Part shown: piece by piece, positions 63,609 to 64,000 of the stretch
How the letters are laid out: each line of letters begins with the position of its first letter
How positions within the stretch are numbered: the stretch's first letter is position 1
DNA from: an uncultured Verrucomicrobiae bacterium
GTDB taxonomy: Bacteria; Verrucomicrobiota; Verrucomicrobiia; Limisphaerales; Palsa-1400
NCBI GenBank assembly: GCA_963707025.1
Contig: CAVPOM010000005.1
Span: forward strand, 96,001-160,000
Reading direction: 5' to 3'
Length of the DNA: 64,000 nt
The notes under the pieces: generated by a model
The model's input: the letters and a program-made list of their open reading frames with translations, nothing else
What the model was told of the DNA's origin: nothing
Databases searched by the model: none
Position numbers and translations under genes: made by a program

Positions 63609-64000
63609 GCCTTTTGGTTTGCCAGCAAACTCGCGGCGGCGACCCCTGTTCGCCCATTCGCGTAGGCCCAGACGCACAGAGCGAGCGGAGCGAGACCGAG
63701 CACCGTAGTCGGAGCAAATGGGCGAAGGTGCGAAACGGAAGGGTTTTCAGGCCGAGGAACAAGCTGGAATCGGAGGCGGCGTGAGTGCGGCGGTTTTGCG
63801 GAGTGCAGCCGGAGCACGGAGGGGCAGCGTAGCGAGAGCAAAAGCCGCCGCTCGCAGGACGCCGGGGAAGGGCGACCGACGGGATCATCGTGGTCAATCA
63901 GCCGAATCTTGAGATCAGCGGATCAATGCAAGTGGCTTGTAATCAATGGGTTAATGCTATGGTGCTCCCTGGTCGGAAACGCGCGTGAGAGGAAATTGCG

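Overview
GC-rich bacterial DNA. The Ig/RCC1 secreted proteins ending in a ..FFR motif and the integrase style suggest Verrucomicrobiota (Pedosphaera/Limisphaera-like); this is an inference. About 1-6.5 kb is core genome: transglutaminase-like protein, serine hydrolase, class II glutamine amidotransferase, GH20 hexosaminidase and an MFS transporter. Next comes a decayed integrative element (truncated BREX-3 brxC/brxF, excisionase, tyrosine integrase) ending at a 3' fragment of tRNA-Ala(CGC). To its right is a large accessory region: an orphan ORF next to a solitary CRISPR repeat; three tandem paralogous secreted Ig+RCC1 proteins with swapped N-termini; a 13-gene biosynthetic cluster with three radical SAM enzymes and a GH3 ligase; a 30-repeat CRISPR array split by an IS1182; a cas operon; RecD2; and small hypothetical genes. 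The best candidate for an undescribed system is the cas locus, which looks chimeric. A type I-B (Csh/Hmari-like) cas8b-cas7-cas5-cas3 block sits inside a type I-G chassis. The chassis contributes a 36-codon stub resembling the I-G cas3 start, a Csb2 cut down to its Cas6-like half, the cas4-cas1 fusion, cas2 and I-G-type repeats. A nine-repeat Myb/SANT-like protein is coupled directly upstream of cas4-cas1. Many single-base frameshifts and odd leader-side spacers suggest long-read consensus errors, so 'pseudogene' status and spacer sequences need read-level checking. All family assignments come from motif recognition by eye; no database searches were run.
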